In this document: positions 27,472 to 36,806 of the stretch, one piece after another | How the letters are laid out: every line of letters starts with the position of its first letter | Numbering within the stretch: the stretch's first letter is position 1 | Virus record (IMG/VR): IMGVR_UViG_3300047509_000270 | Coordinates: 6,899 to 70,898 of that record | Length of the DNA stretch: 64,000 bases | Reading direction: 5' to 3' (one strand) | Origin: a virus | Translations under genes and position numbers: made by a program | Notes under the pieces: generated by a model | The model's database searches: none | What the model saw: the letters and a program-made list of their open reading frames with translations, nothing else | What the model was told of the DNA's origin: nothing

Positions 27472-28170
27472 ATGCCGAGCCATTTCGACACGTTCACGGT
27501 ACCCCACACGGGTAGTTTCATCGCCGTCTGCGGCGCCGGGGGCGGGTCCGGCTTTCGAGGACAGAACTCTCCGTACCGCGGTGGTGGTGGAGGCTCCGGC
27601 GCGAAGGCGTCGAAGATCTTCGCGGAGGTCTTCGGCGACGTCCTGAGCATCCTCGTCCCGGATCCAGGGACGCACAATGTCCTCCAGGACGGATCGGATG
27701 CCGTCTACGCCTTCGCGAGGCCGCTGCACTGTACGGCGGCGGCCGGTAAGGCCCCTCAGTTTTTCGGACCCGTCGGGCTAGGTGGTGCGGCGATCAACTG
27801 CGTGGGCGACGTCATCGTGGCCGGAACAGACGGCGACGGACCGGTTCCGGACTTCACGGTCGGCGCGGGGCATACCGGGGGAGCGAGCCCTGATGGGACT
27901 CCGGGAGGAACAGGCGGCGCGGTCGACGATCCGACGGGCGGCCAGGACGGACCGTCTCCAGGCGCAGGCGGAGGCGGCGGCGGCAGCATGTCGGTCGCCG
28001 CGGCAAATGAGCATTCGGCCTGCAGCGGCGGATACGTCCTGGTCTACGACGCCGCGGACTGGCCGACCTATCCGGCCGGTCTGCCGACGGGATCGCCGAT
28101 CGCGACGTACGGGACGCCGCCCCCTCCTCCACCTGTCATTGCAGGCAGAAAATCAGCCTTCGTAATGTAG
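27472..28170 (+). CDS. Glycine-rich structural protein
   Basis: FTVP, GAGGGSG, GGGGGSGA, PGAGGGGG. Confidence 0.65.
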   Translation: MPSHFDTFTVPHTGSFIAVCGAGGGSGFRGQNSPYRGGGGGSGAKASKIFAEVFGDVLSILVPDPGTHNVLQDGSDAVYAFARPLHCTAAAGKAPQFFGPVGLGGAAINCVGDVIVAGTDGDGPVPDFTVGAGHTGGASPDGTPGGTGGAVDDPTGGQDGPSPGAGGGGGGSMSVAAANEHSACSGGYVLVYDAADWPTYPAGLPTGSPIATYGTPPPPPPVIAGRKSAFVM

Positions 28171-28219
28171 AATGAATAAAGGAATTCGACCGGGGACAAG
28201 GAAAGGTTGGGTCTAATCG

Positions 28220-28495
28220 ATGGTACCTTTCGTGTCCATGATTCTGGATATCTCGGCGGTCGAGCCGCCGAGCGGCGCGATCAGCCCTCTCGCCTGGGCT
28301 ATCATCGTCGCCCTTTCGTTCGTCTGCGCGACGGCGATACCGGCGCTTTGGTACCGCGGGAACAAGATCCAGGATAAGATGTACGAGGACCTGAAGAAGT
28401 GTAACGAGAAGCGTCTCCAGTCCGAGGAGGACCAGCTCGGTCTCCTGAAGGTCCTGCGCCTCCAGATGGAGGCATCGAGAGGAGCCAAGAGATGA
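28220..28495 (+). CDS. Single-TM protein with a coiled tail (holin-like)
   Basis: Hydrophobic helix followed by a charged helix. Confidence 0.5.
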   Translation: MVPFVSMILDISAVEPPSGAISPLAWAIIVALSFVCATAIPALWYRGNKIQDKMYEDLKKCNEKRLQSEEDQLGLLKVLRLQMEASRGAKR

Positions 28496-28737
28496 CCGTA
28501 CGCTCGAAGAGCACACTCAAGATGATCTGCGCGAAGGCCGGAATCGCGAACGTCGAGCTCACCAAGGAAGCCCAGAAGCTCATGGAGCTCTACGAGGACC
28601 CGAACGTCGCCCCGGAGCAGAAGCAGATCGTCAAGGCCGAGCTCGACCGGGCGATCGAGGAGCTCGAGAGCCGCGTGACGACCCGGCGGCTCCGGGAGTC
28701 GCGTGGAATCGTGGACCCGGAGACCACGTCCGAGTAA
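28492..28737 (+). CDS. Hypothetical protein
   Basis: ATGA-coupled to the upstream gene. Confidence 0.55.
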   Translation: MTVRSKSTLKMICAKAGIANVELTKEAQKLMELYEDPNVAPEQKQIVKAELDRAIEELESRVTTRRLRESRGIVDPETTSE

Positions 28738-28844
28738 GATCTACGTAACCGCCCGTCCCTAGCCGGGCGGTTCTGATCCGGCGATCGGCGAGTACTGGCG
28801 GAAAGCCCGGGGCGGGCGGGAATATTGTCGATAGGAGGGTGCTT

Positions 28845-29102
28845 GTGAATATGTCCGATATCCTGGTGAAGGTGAAGCCGGTTCTGTACAAGGCGATCGT
28901 CGCCGCCATCACGATGGCGCTGATCAAGTTCCTCCCGAAGCTCGGCGTCACGATCACGCTGGACGACGCCAGGATGATCGCCGGTCTCGGCGGGACGATC
29001 ATCATCGGCATGGGCATGAACTGGGCCGCCAAGACGCACGCGACCATCATGAGCGAAGCGGCGCCCGACAGTGCGGGCGCCCCGCCGGAAACGAAACCTT
29101 AA
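28845..29102 (+). CDS. Two-TM membrane protein (holin-like)
   Basis: Two hydrophobic helices; GGAGG RBS. Confidence 0.55.
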   Translation: MNMSDILVKVKPVLYKAIVAAITMALIKFLPKLGVTITLDDARMIAGLGGTIIIGMGMNWAAKTHATIMSEAAPDSAGAPPETKP

Positions 29103-29112
29103 GGAGATCCAA

Positions 29113-29457
29113 GTGAAGAAGACGGCATCGATCGTACTGCTCCTCGCCTTCGTCCTCTGCGCGCTGGTCTCGTGCAAGACGATCAACCGGGACGCTCTCG
29201 CCGCCTGGACGGCGGGCGACGTCGTCATCATGCAGGATCTCCAGGACTACCGAGCCGCCCAGGGAAAGCCCGCCGACGACGTGAAGGTGCATCTCGCGAA
29301 GGCCTTCGGCGAGATCACGGCCGACGAGGAGAACGCCCTCGTCGCCGAGACGCTCGCCGACATCCAGGCCGATCCGAAGCGGTCCGCCCAACGAAAAGCG
29401 TCCTATGCGACTCGCGTCTCGGCACACCTGAATCTTTTCAATTCCCTGAAACAGTAA
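29113..29457 (+). CDS. Lipoprotein
   Basis: MKKTASIVLLLAFVLCALVS-C lipobox; AAGGAG RBS. Confidence 0.7.
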   Translation: MKKTASIVLLLAFVLCALVSCKTINRDALAAWTAGDVVIMQDLQDYRAAQGKPADDVKVHLAKAFGEITADEENALVAETLADIQADPKRSAQRKASYATRVSAHLNLFNSLKQ

Positions 29458-29466
29458 GGAGCGAAC

Positions 29467-29835
29467 ATGGCCGATTCGATCAGCATCAGCGCCATCGCGA
29501 GTTCGATCCTGACCGACGCGAAGGGTCTTCTCGAGGCGAAGGCGACCGGCTTCCTGAAGGACCACCCGGATGCGCTCGCGCTCCTCGAGAAGGCGGCCTC
29601 GCAGGCGGCCGAGGCGATGCTCGATCTCGTGACCGAGACGGATCCGCAGAAGAAAGCGGAGATCCGGGACTCGTTCAACGACGACAAGGACGCTCTGAAG
29701 GAAGAGGGTTACTCGATCATCGTCGACGTCGAGGGGACGACGAAGTCGCTCTTCTGGACGATTCTGGAAGATATGGGTCGGATCACGCTGAATCTCGCTC
29801 CGATCCTGCTCAAGAGCATCCCGATCCCGATCTAA
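29467..29835 (+). CDS. Helical hypothetical protein
   Basis: AAGGAG RBS. Confidence 0.7.
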   Translation: MADSISISAIASSILTDAKGLLEAKATGFLKDHPDALALLEKAASQAAEAMLDLVTETDPQKKAEIRDSFNDDKDALKEEGYSIIVDVEGTTKSLFWTILEDMGRITLNLAPILLKSIPIPI

Positions 29836-29850
29836 CGAACGGAGAATCCG

Positions 29851-30930
29851 ATGCGAGTCTACGCCGAACCCGGCTACGGTCTCAGCGACATTGAGACCGA
29901 GGCGCTCCGGCGACTTTCGCCGCGCTCGCGCGCGCTCATTCTCGACGAGCTCGGTCATCCGGACTCGCACGGTACGATCCAGTGGGTCCTCCGTCAGCGT
30001 GATCCGGAGAGAGCTCTCGCGAATGCCGTCGCCGAGAACGTCCATCAGGCGACTATCGATGTGGCGGCCGGAGGTCTCAGTGACGGGCTCGGCCGAAGCT
30101 TCTTCAAGAGGCTGGCGAGACTCCACCGGAAGATCTTTAACCGACTTGATCCCATCCGGAAGATCGCGTTCGGAGGGAAGAAGAAACACCGTGGCGGAGC
30201 TCCGATCGTGTCGCAACCCGCAGCTGCAGCCGCAACTCCCGCTTCGACGGACGCCTCGTCCACTCCTCCACTTCCCCCTCCTCAGCCTCCGCCTCCTCCT
30301 CTACCGTCACCCGTTACATACGCCGCGCCTCCGGACTCCACGTCCTCGTACTCTCCGCCGCCGCAGGGTCCGGTCAACTACGTCCAGGAGCAGCCGCCTC
30401 CCGACGTCGCGTCTCCGCAGGCGATGCCGCCCGACGCGCCGCCGGTCCCGCTTCCGGCGCAGGTCGCGCCTCCTCCGACGCCCGCGGCGGCTCCGTCGTA
30501 CGCGGAGAGCACCGACGAGACTACCGGACTCCCGTCGGCTGGCGGCTACACGCTGACTGTCGAGGGCCAGACGATCACGAACTATCCGGTCCCGCTCGGG
30601 ACACTCTCGTCGCTCGTCCAGTCCGGAACGCAGCCCGGAGATCGTTTCGAGATCCTGGCCGACGGCGTCGGGACCGGCCTCCGCGTCCGGACGGCGGGCG
30701 GCTTCATCGCGATCCCGGACTCGATCCGCGCGCAGGTCATGGCGATGCCGCACGATCAGGTCCTCGCGCTCCTGACGCAGGCCGCTGCGAACGTCGCCGC
30801 GGCGGGCGGTCCGGACGGTCCGGCGCCGGTCCCGACGCCCGCCAGCTCCGGCGGCGGCACGACGGCGGTCCTGCTGGCGATCCTGGGCGGCGGCGCCGCC
30901 CTGGTCGCGTCGAAGGGGAAGCGTCGGTGA
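29851..30930 (+). CDS. Pro-rich tail-anchored virion protein
   Basis: GYGLSD and GLSDGLG motifs; poly-Pro linker; C-terminal LLAILGGGAAL..KGKRR. Confidence 0.7.
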   Translation: MRVYAEPGYGLSDIETEALRRLSPRSRALILDELGHPDSHGTIQWVLRQRDPERALANAVAENVHQATIDVAAGGLSDGLGRSFFKRLARLHRKIFNRLDPIRKIAFGGKKKHRGGAPIVSQPAAAAATPASTDASSTPPLPPPQPPPPPLPSPVTYAAPPDSTSSYSPPPQGPVNYVQEQPPPDVASPQAMPPDAPPVPLPAQVAPPPTPAAAPSYAESTDETTGLPSAGGYTLTVEGQTITNYPVPLGTLSSLVQSGTQPGDRFEILADGVGTGLRVRTAGGFIAIPDSIRAQVMAMPHDQVLALLTQAAANVAAAGGPDGPAPVPTPASSGGGTTAVLLAILGGGAALVASKGKRR

Positions 30931-32231
30931 GGTACGTCCGACGTCCCGGTCTCGGCTTCACGATCCCGGTCGACCCGACCGCCGGTCAGCGTGGCGGCGC
31001 GCCGATCACGTATCCGGGATACCAGTGCCAGATTCGCTACCTCGCCGACGGGACTGTTCAGTCGAACGGGACATCCGTCCGCCATACAATGGCGGGAGCT
31101 CCGTCCTGCGATCTGTCGTCTGGATGGGTCGACTATGACTTGTCGAAGCCGTTCAACGGCCTGAAGAAGTGGGTCGACGGGATCGAGTTCCAGTACAACG
31201 CCGTCGGTGGCGCCGGATTCATGGCGACGCCGATCGGCTGGAACATGACGACCGACGGTCAGCGTGAGTTCGGCGCCCGATCCGCCGCCCAGCGCGCGTC
31301 CGGCTCGTCCGCGGACGGGAGCCCCTACGCGCCTCTGCCTCCTGGAGTCGAGCAGACGACGCCGGTCGATCCACGGAACGTCAGCGATCCGGTCATGATG
31401 GAGTACGCCATCGCGAAGGACGCGGCCAGCCAGCACGCGCCGAGCGCGATCTACAGGATCTACGATCCGTTCACCTGGAAGGGCTATCAGGCGCTCCCGG
31501 ACGGCTTCCTGGAGCCGCAGGACGGCGGCGTCTGGGTGCTCGCCTCCGACAACGTCCTCGACGCCGTCCAGAAGCAGTTCGGCATCATGAAGGATCCCTG
31601 GTACTGGATGGTCGCGACGCATCCGACGACCGGACAGCTGAGGCTCTTCCTGGCGGCCCGCGATCCGTCCCGGAGCACGATCTGGAGCAAGCTCGGCAAG
31701 ACCGGACCGCTCGTGATCTCGATCCTCGGGACCGTCCTGGCGCCGTTCACGTTCGGCGCCTCGTCCGCCGTCGCCGCCGTCGTCGACACGGCAATCGCGC
31801 TCGAGCAGAAGAAGGCCGCTGCGGCTGCCGCGGTACGGGCCGGAGACCATCAGGCCGCCGTCATGTCGCAGCAGGTCGCCGACCAGGAGGGTCAGGTCAA
31901 CCAGCAGGCCGACGCGGTCTACCAGCAGAATCAGACCGCCTTCCTGGCGGCCGGATACACGTCGGACAAGTGGGCGGCCCTGACGCTCGACCAGAAGACG
32001 GCGCTGATCCAGCAGGCCGCCGCCGGTCAGCTCCAGCCGACGCCCGCCGCGGTCGCGGTCGCGCAGCAGACCCAGCAGGCGCTCGATCAGGCCGTCCAGG
32101 ACGCGACCGTCAAGGCCGGACTCGGCGTTCCGTCGACGCAGGCCGCGACGTCGTCCGGTGGGATCGGCTGGCTGCTCGCGATCCTGGGCGGCGGTGCCGC
32201 GCTCGCGGTGGCGGGCGGGAAGAAGCGATAG
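30927..32231 (+). CDS. Tail-anchored virion protein
   Basis: N-terminal YVRRPGLG; Q/A-rich helix; C-terminal LLAILGGGAAL..GKKR. Confidence 0.7.
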   Translation: MRYVRRPGLGFTIPVDPTAGQRGGAPITYPGYQCQIRYLADGTVQSNGTSVRHTMAGAPSCDLSSGWVDYDLSKPFNGLKKWVDGIEFQYNAVGGAGFMATPIGWNMTTDGQREFGARSAAQRASGSSADGSPYAPLPPGVEQTTPVDPRNVSDPVMMEYAIAKDAASQHAPSAIYRIYDPFTWKGYQALPDGFLEPQDGGVWVLASDNVLDAVQKQFGIMKDPWYWMVATHPTTGQLRLFLAARDPSRSTIWSKLGKTGPLVISILGTVLAPFTFGASSAVAAVVDTAIALEQKKAAAAAAVRAGDHQAAVMSQQVADQEGQVNQQADAVYQQNQTAFLAAGYTSDKWAALTLDQKTALIQQAAAGQLQPTPAAVAVAQQTQQALDQAVQDATVKAGLGVPSTQAATSSGGIGWLLAILGGGAALAVAGGKKR

Positions 32232-32840
32232 ATGGACCGGAACGTCGCGTACGCCCAGGCCCTCGCTACCGCCATGGCGGCCGACATCAGCTCACCTGCC
32301 GTCGCTGCCGCTCTCCAGAACGACGCCCTGACACGAGACCAGTTCACGTCGATCGTCTACCGGGACGTCGCGAAGGGTCTCCGCGGCGATCCGGGACCGG
32401 CGATCTTCCCGAACGTCCGGGCGTTCGCCCGGCAGGTCGTAGACATCGGTGTCATCCGGACGAGAAAGTCGACCGGTCTGTCCGACACCTACTCGTCCGA
32501 CATCGGCGGAATCTCGGGACTCGTCGGCGCGATTGCCGGTGCGGTCGGCGCGATCTACAGCACGAAGATCAATACGGACGCCCAGAAGCAGCTGGCAACG
32601 ATCAAGGCGAACGAGGCCCAGATCGCGCAGAACTCCCAGACGATCGCCGCGAAGTCGGCCCTGATCCAGAACGCCACGTCGAACGGACTCCTCGTGGCGC
32701 CGACCGGCTCGCTCGTCGATCCGTCCGCCGGGATCGTCACGGCCGGTCCGCTCGCCGCAGTCGGAGGACTTCCGGGCGTCGCGATCGGGACGGCGGCGAT
32801 TGCGGTGCTGGTCGGCGGCTACTATGCGATGAAAGGATAG
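32232..32840 (+). CDS. Tail-anchored virion protein
   Basis: Ala/Gly-rich; C-terminal TM. Confidence 0.7.
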   Translation: MDRNVAYAQALATAMAADISSPAVAAALQNDALTRDQFTSIVYRDVAKGLRGDPGPAIFPNVRAFARQVVDIGVIRTRKSTGLSDTYSSDIGGISGLVGAIAGAVGAIYSTKINTDAQKQLATIKANEAQIAQNSQTIAAKSALIQNATSNGLLVAPTGSLVDPSAGIVTAGPLAAVGGLPGVAIGTAAIAVLVGGYYAMKG

Positions 32841-32843
32841 ACC

Positions 32844-33770
32844 ATGCGTACGAGACACATCCGTCCCGTCCCGAGGCCCCGCGTCTTCCGCCAGGATCCG
32901 ACGATCCAGGTCAACGTTGCGACGATGATCCCGGACGGGATGCACGGCTACCACGACGAGGGCTGGCGCAGCGCGACGCTGATTCCGGACGGGATGCACG
33001 CGCACATGGTCGCCGACGACACGGCCTTCGCGACCGAGCCGGTCATCGCGAAGCTCGTCGTGAACGGGATGTCGCACGAGGAGGCCCGCTCGGTCGTCTG
33101 GGACGCAGCCGAGCGAGTCCGGTCCGGTGCGACCTCCGGTCTCGGTATCGCGATCATGGTCGACAAGCGCGCCGCTCTCGACGCCGTCTTCCAGGACCTC
33201 CTGGCCCGCGGCATCTCGCCCGACCGGGCCAGGATCCTCGTCCACCGGGCGGCCATGCGCCGGGCCGGTCTGGCCGGACTCGGCGACGACGCGGCCGATG
33301 CCGCAGCGGCGGCCCGCCTCGCGGCGATCTCGGCCGCCGCGAAGGCCGCCCAGAACTCACACCAGTCGATGATCGCGAGCATGGCATCCTGGGAGGAGCG
33401 CGAGCCCGGCTGGGTCACGACCGACGACAACCTCCGCCTGAACTTCCAGGACCAGCTGACGGCGCTCGAGAACAATTTCGTCGCGAACGCGCTCCCGACG
33501 CTCGGCGTCGAGTTCCCGTACCAGATCGACCGGACCGATCCGGCCGGTGCGATCGTCCTGGCGGTCCGGGACGACATCCAGAACACGATCGACCTGCTCG
33601 ACGCCCGGAAGTCCCAGCAGGTCCTCCAGAAGACGATCTCGGACCTGTCGAAGGTCCCGCTGCCGTCGGCGCCGCCCAGCTTCAGCCTGAACCTGCCGGA
33701 CGTCCCCTGGTACGTCTGGGCGGGCGGGGCGGGCGTCGGCCTGCTGGCGCTCAAGCAGATGCTCAAGTAG
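32844..33770 (+). CDS. Tail-anchored virion protein
   Basis: ATxIPDGMH duplicated; GLAGLGDD; C-terminal PWYVWAGGAGVGLL. Confidence 0.7.
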   Translation: MRTRHIRPVPRPRVFRQDPTIQVNVATMIPDGMHGYHDEGWRSATLIPDGMHAHMVADDTAFATEPVIAKLVVNGMSHEEARSVVWDAAERVRSGATSGLGIAIMVDKRAALDAVFQDLLARGISPDRARILVHRAAMRRAGLAGLGDDAADAAAAARLAAISAAAKAAQNSHQSMIASMASWEEREPGWVTTDDNLRLNFQDQLTALENNFVANALPTLGVEFPYQIDRTDPAGAIVLAVRDDIQNTIDLLDARKSQQVLQKTISDLSKVPLPSAPPSFSLNLPDVPWYVWAGGAGVGLLALKQMLK

Positions 33771-33856
33771 GGGGTGAAAAGTCGATTCCTGCACAGTAGA
33801 ATAGTTCAGTCACGGCGGGTCGCGCCGTGGCGGGGTGGAAGAAGAAGGAGATAGGT

Positions 33857-35182
33857 ATGCCGAACAACAAGCCGCAGCTGATCGACATGATCCGGACGGT
33901 CCCGGAGGTCGCCGTGAGACTCTGGGCGGGCGGCGTCCCACGTCCATGCGACGACGGCGTCCGGATCGAGTTCGAGGACCGCGCGCCGGTCTTCCACGGG
34001 GACATCTACCAGGAGGCCGTCAAGGTCGCTCGGGTCCTGGCGATCCGCTGGGGCGGCCGGAAGCTCCGGACGATCCAGGACGTCCTGGACCTCCGGCACG
34101 CCGCCGAGGACGCCTTCATCGACCAGCTCTTCCAGAAGGGCGATGTCCCGTCGACGCTGTTCGTTCCGGCCGGTGAGACCGCATCCGGCTTCTACCGGGC
34201 GATGATCCCGTCGGACCTCCTGAACGAGGGCGGACGCGTCGTCTCGCAGTGGACGTCCCGGCTGGACGTCTCGAAGGCGCTCCGGTACGACGTCCTCTGG
34301 ATCCAGCTGATCACGTCCGACGTCCTGACCGAGATCGCCCGTCAGGCGCAGTCCCAGGGCGTCCGGATCGTCTACGACCTCGACGACCGGCTCGACGCGA
34401 TCCCCGACGAGAATCAGGCGAAGACCGTCTACGGGACGCCGGAGAAGCAGGCCGAGATCGACGCGATGATCCGCGTCGCCGACATGGTCACGGTCACGAC
34501 CGAGCCGCTCGCGGCGCACCTGCGCCGGAAGTATCCGGGCAAGCTCGTCCGGATCCTTCCGAACATGGTGACCGCGAACGTCGCGCCCCGCCGCCAGCCG
34601 CCGAATCCGGCCTTCGTCCGGATCCTCTGGGCGGGCTCGGCGACGCACAAGCGGGACCTCGCGATCATCGCCCCGGCGATCGGGACACTCCTGCGCGAGC
34701 GGGCCGGGAAGGTCCGCTTCACGCTCTTCGGCGAGCGCCTGCCGGAGGCCCTGAAGGACTGCTACGACCTGATCGACCTGAAGAGGCCGGTCGACTTCGC
34801 CGACTACCACGACGCGCTCGCCGAGTGCGCCGCGGACTTCGGGATCGTCCCGCTCGAGGCGAATGAGTTCAATACCGGCAAGTCCGGCCTGAAGGGTCTC
34901 GAGTACGCCTCGGCGGCCTATCCGCTGCTCTGCTCTCCGGCCGCCGAGTACCCCGCGCTCGTCGAGGCCGGGTTCCCGGTCGAACTCGTCGCCGACGGCG
35001 ACTGGCTGCCCGCGCTCCGGCGGATGGTCGACCGGACGCACGACGAACGGACCGCACTCGGTGCGGCGGCGCTCGACTGGGTCTGCCGGAATCGCTGCAT
35101 GGGCAAGAACCACGCGGACCAGTGGGCCGACGCGATCTGCGAGCTGGTCGCGTCGAAGCCGAAACTGGAGACGGTGCGCTGA
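33857..35182 (+). CDS. Glycosyltransferase, GT-B fold
   Basis: GFYRAMIP, VYDLDD, WAGSATHKRDL, PLEANEFNTGKSGLKGLEY. Confidence 0.85.
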   Translation: MPNNKPQLIDMIRTVPEVAVRLWAGGVPRPCDDGVRIEFEDRAPVFHGDIYQEAVKVARVLAIRWGGRKLRTIQDVLDLRHAAEDAFIDQLFQKGDVPSTLFVPAGETASGFYRAMIPSDLLNEGGRVVSQWTSRLDVSKALRYDVLWIQLITSDVLTEIARQAQSQGVRIVYDLDDRLDAIPDENQAKTVYGTPEKQAEIDAMIRVADMVTVTTEPLAAHLRRKYPGKLVRILPNMVTANVAPRRQPPNPAFVRILWAGSATHKRDLAIIAPAIGTLLRERAGKVRFTLFGERLPEALKDCYDLIDLKRPVDFADYHDALAECAADFGIVPLEANEFNTGKSGLKGLEYASAAYPLLCSPAAEYPALVEAGFPVELVADGDWLPALRRMVDRTHDERTALGAAALDWVCRNRCMGKNHADQWADAICELVASKPKLETVR

Positions 35183-35442
35183 TGTCGAGACTGTCGGCGG
35201 CGATCGACGTGGCGACGGAGTACGCGTGGCATCTCCACACGACCGACGGCGTTCCTGCACCGCAGGCGATCCAGATCGGCGTCGCCGCGGTCGTCCGGGC
35301 GGCCCGGTCGAATCCGGCGCGTTTCGTTACGCCGCGCCAGCCCGTCGAGAGCGGCGTCGGCTGGTCCGGACAGGCGCTCTCGCTGGTCGGCTCGTCGCTC
35401 TCGGTGATCGGCCTGCTCAAGACGATTTTCGGCGGAGGATAG
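35182..35442 (+). CDS. Small membrane protein
   Basis: TGATG-coupled; RSNP; C-terminal hydrophobic helix. Confidence 0.6.
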   Translation: MSRLSAAIDVATEYAWHLHTTDGVPAPQAIQIGVAAVVRAARSNPARFVTPRQPVESGVGWSGQALSLVGSSLSVIGLLKTIFGGG

Positions 35443-35445
35443 ACG

Positions 35446-35892
35446 ATGTCGGCTCCCAGCGCCAAGGAACTCCTGAAGGCGTTCCCGAGTCTCGAATCCG
35501 TCGAGGCGCAGAAACTCGCCGATCGCCTGAAGGCCGCCGTCGACGCCGACGATCCGGAGCAGGTCGACGACGTCATGGACGCCGTGAACGAGGCCGTCGA
35601 CGGTCACGGCGTCGAGTCGATCAACGGCACGGACTACCAAGTCGACAAGTACTGGATGGACACGATCCTCCTGTACGTGAATCTCGGAGACACGTACGAC
35701 ACGACCCTCCTGTACGACACCGAGAACAACGAGTTCTCGATCGGCTCCTACGGAGACTTCGTCGAGAAGTGGGAGAACGAAGAGGAGGACGACGAGGAGG
35801 ACGACGAGGAGGAAGAGGAAACGGAAGAGGACGACGAAAGCGACGGCGAGGAATCCGACAAGGAAGACGTCGAAACCGAGGAGGCCGAATAG
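35446..35892 (+). CDS. Highly acidic protein
   Basis: HGVE..YVNLGDTYDTTLLY core followed by a ~35-residue D/E tail. Confidence 0.7.
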   Translation: MSAPSAKELLKAFPSLESVEAQKLADRLKAAVDADDPEQVDDVMDAVNEAVDGHGVESINGTDYQVDKYWMDTILLYVNLGDTYDTTLLYDTENNEFSIGSYGDFVEKWENEEEDDEEDDEEEEETEEDDESDGEESDKEDVETEEAE

Positions 35893-35894
35893 CC

Positions 35895-36584
35895 ATGCCG
35901 CTGACCACCGAACAGTACCGGACCCTGCTCGACGTCCAGCGGAGCCTCGTCCGTGACGGCTGGCATCCCGCCGTCGCCGGTCAGACGATCCTCCGAGCCG
36001 TCGACCGGATATCGCCGGGCGGCATGAGCGGCTGCGGAACGGACTGCTGCTGCTGCCGTGGGAACGGTCTCGGCAGAGTCCAGATGCGCTCGCTCCGGCG
36101 CGACATGGATCCGTCGATTCCGCCGCGCCAGACCGTCCAGGGCGAGCAGTGCGTCCGGATCGCCGAGACCGACGGCGTCGACGAGACGTCGATGTGGCAG
36201 CGGCTCGACGACTACCGGTCGCGCGGATGGACCGTCATGGAGATCGCATCGAACCAGGGCTTCCCGTCCGGACGAGTCTACTGGGCCTGCCCGCCCGGAC
36301 GTACGCCGCTCGAGGCGCAGAACCAGATCCTCGCCGCGCAGCTCGGCGCGACGACGGCCGCTCCGACGGTGGCCGCGGCGGCTCCAGGCTCTCCGTCGAT
36401 CCTGACCGAGATCTCCTCGGCCGGGGACGATCCGGGCGTCACAGCGGCCAGAAACATCGTCAGCAAGTGGTCCTGGCTGATTCCGGTCGGCGGACTCCTG
36501 ATGAGCGCGAAGTCGAAGGTCTCCGGACTCCTCTCGAAGAACGACCCAGCCTACGCGGCGGCGAAGAGTCTGAGGCGTCGGTGA
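35895..36584 (+). CDS. Putative virion protein with a C-terminal hydrophobic segment
   Basis: ATG 35895; GMSGCG-TDCCCC-RGNGLG. Confidence 0.65.
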   Translation: MPLTTEQYRTLLDVQRSLVRDGWHPAVAGQTILRAVDRISPGGMSGCGTDCCCCRGNGLGRVQMRSLRRDMDPSIPPRQTVQGEQCVRIAETDGVDETSMWQRLDDYRSRGWTVMEIASNQGFPSGRVYWACPPGRTPLEAQNQILAAQLGATTAAPTVAAAAPGSPSILTEISSAGDDPGVTAARNIVSKWSWLIPVGGLLMSAKSKVSGLLSKNDPAYAAAKSLRRR

Positions 36585-36802
36585 AGCTGTTTCGTTTCCT
36601 CCACAAGAAGAAGCCGTGCTTCCGCTGCGGCGGGAACGCGACCGTGCAGTACATGGCCGTCGACTACTGTGCGGTCTGCCGTGAGCTCGTGATGAAGATG
36701 ATGCCGATTGTCGGCATGGGTGGGATGTTCGGGTTCCCCGGAGCGACCGGTTACCTCGAGTTCCCGAACCTCGAGAAGATCGTCGAGAAGAAGGAGAACT
36801 GA
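36581..36802 (+). CDS. Small zinc-finger protein
   Basis: CFRC...CAVC. Confidence 0.6.
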   Translation: MKLFRFLHKKKPCFRCGGNATVQYMAVDYCAVCRELVMKMMPIVGMGGMFGFPGATGYLEFPNLEKIVEKKEN

Positions 36803-36806
36803 GACT

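Noticed and set aside
30180-30500. CCT/CCG-rich stretch as a DNA repeat element
   Set aside because: Simply encodes the poly-Pro linker of the 29851 protein
31970-33799. 609-aa Arg/Pro/Gly-rich + strand ORF
   Set aside because: Off-frame overlap of three better-supported genes; composition typical of GC-rich alternate frames
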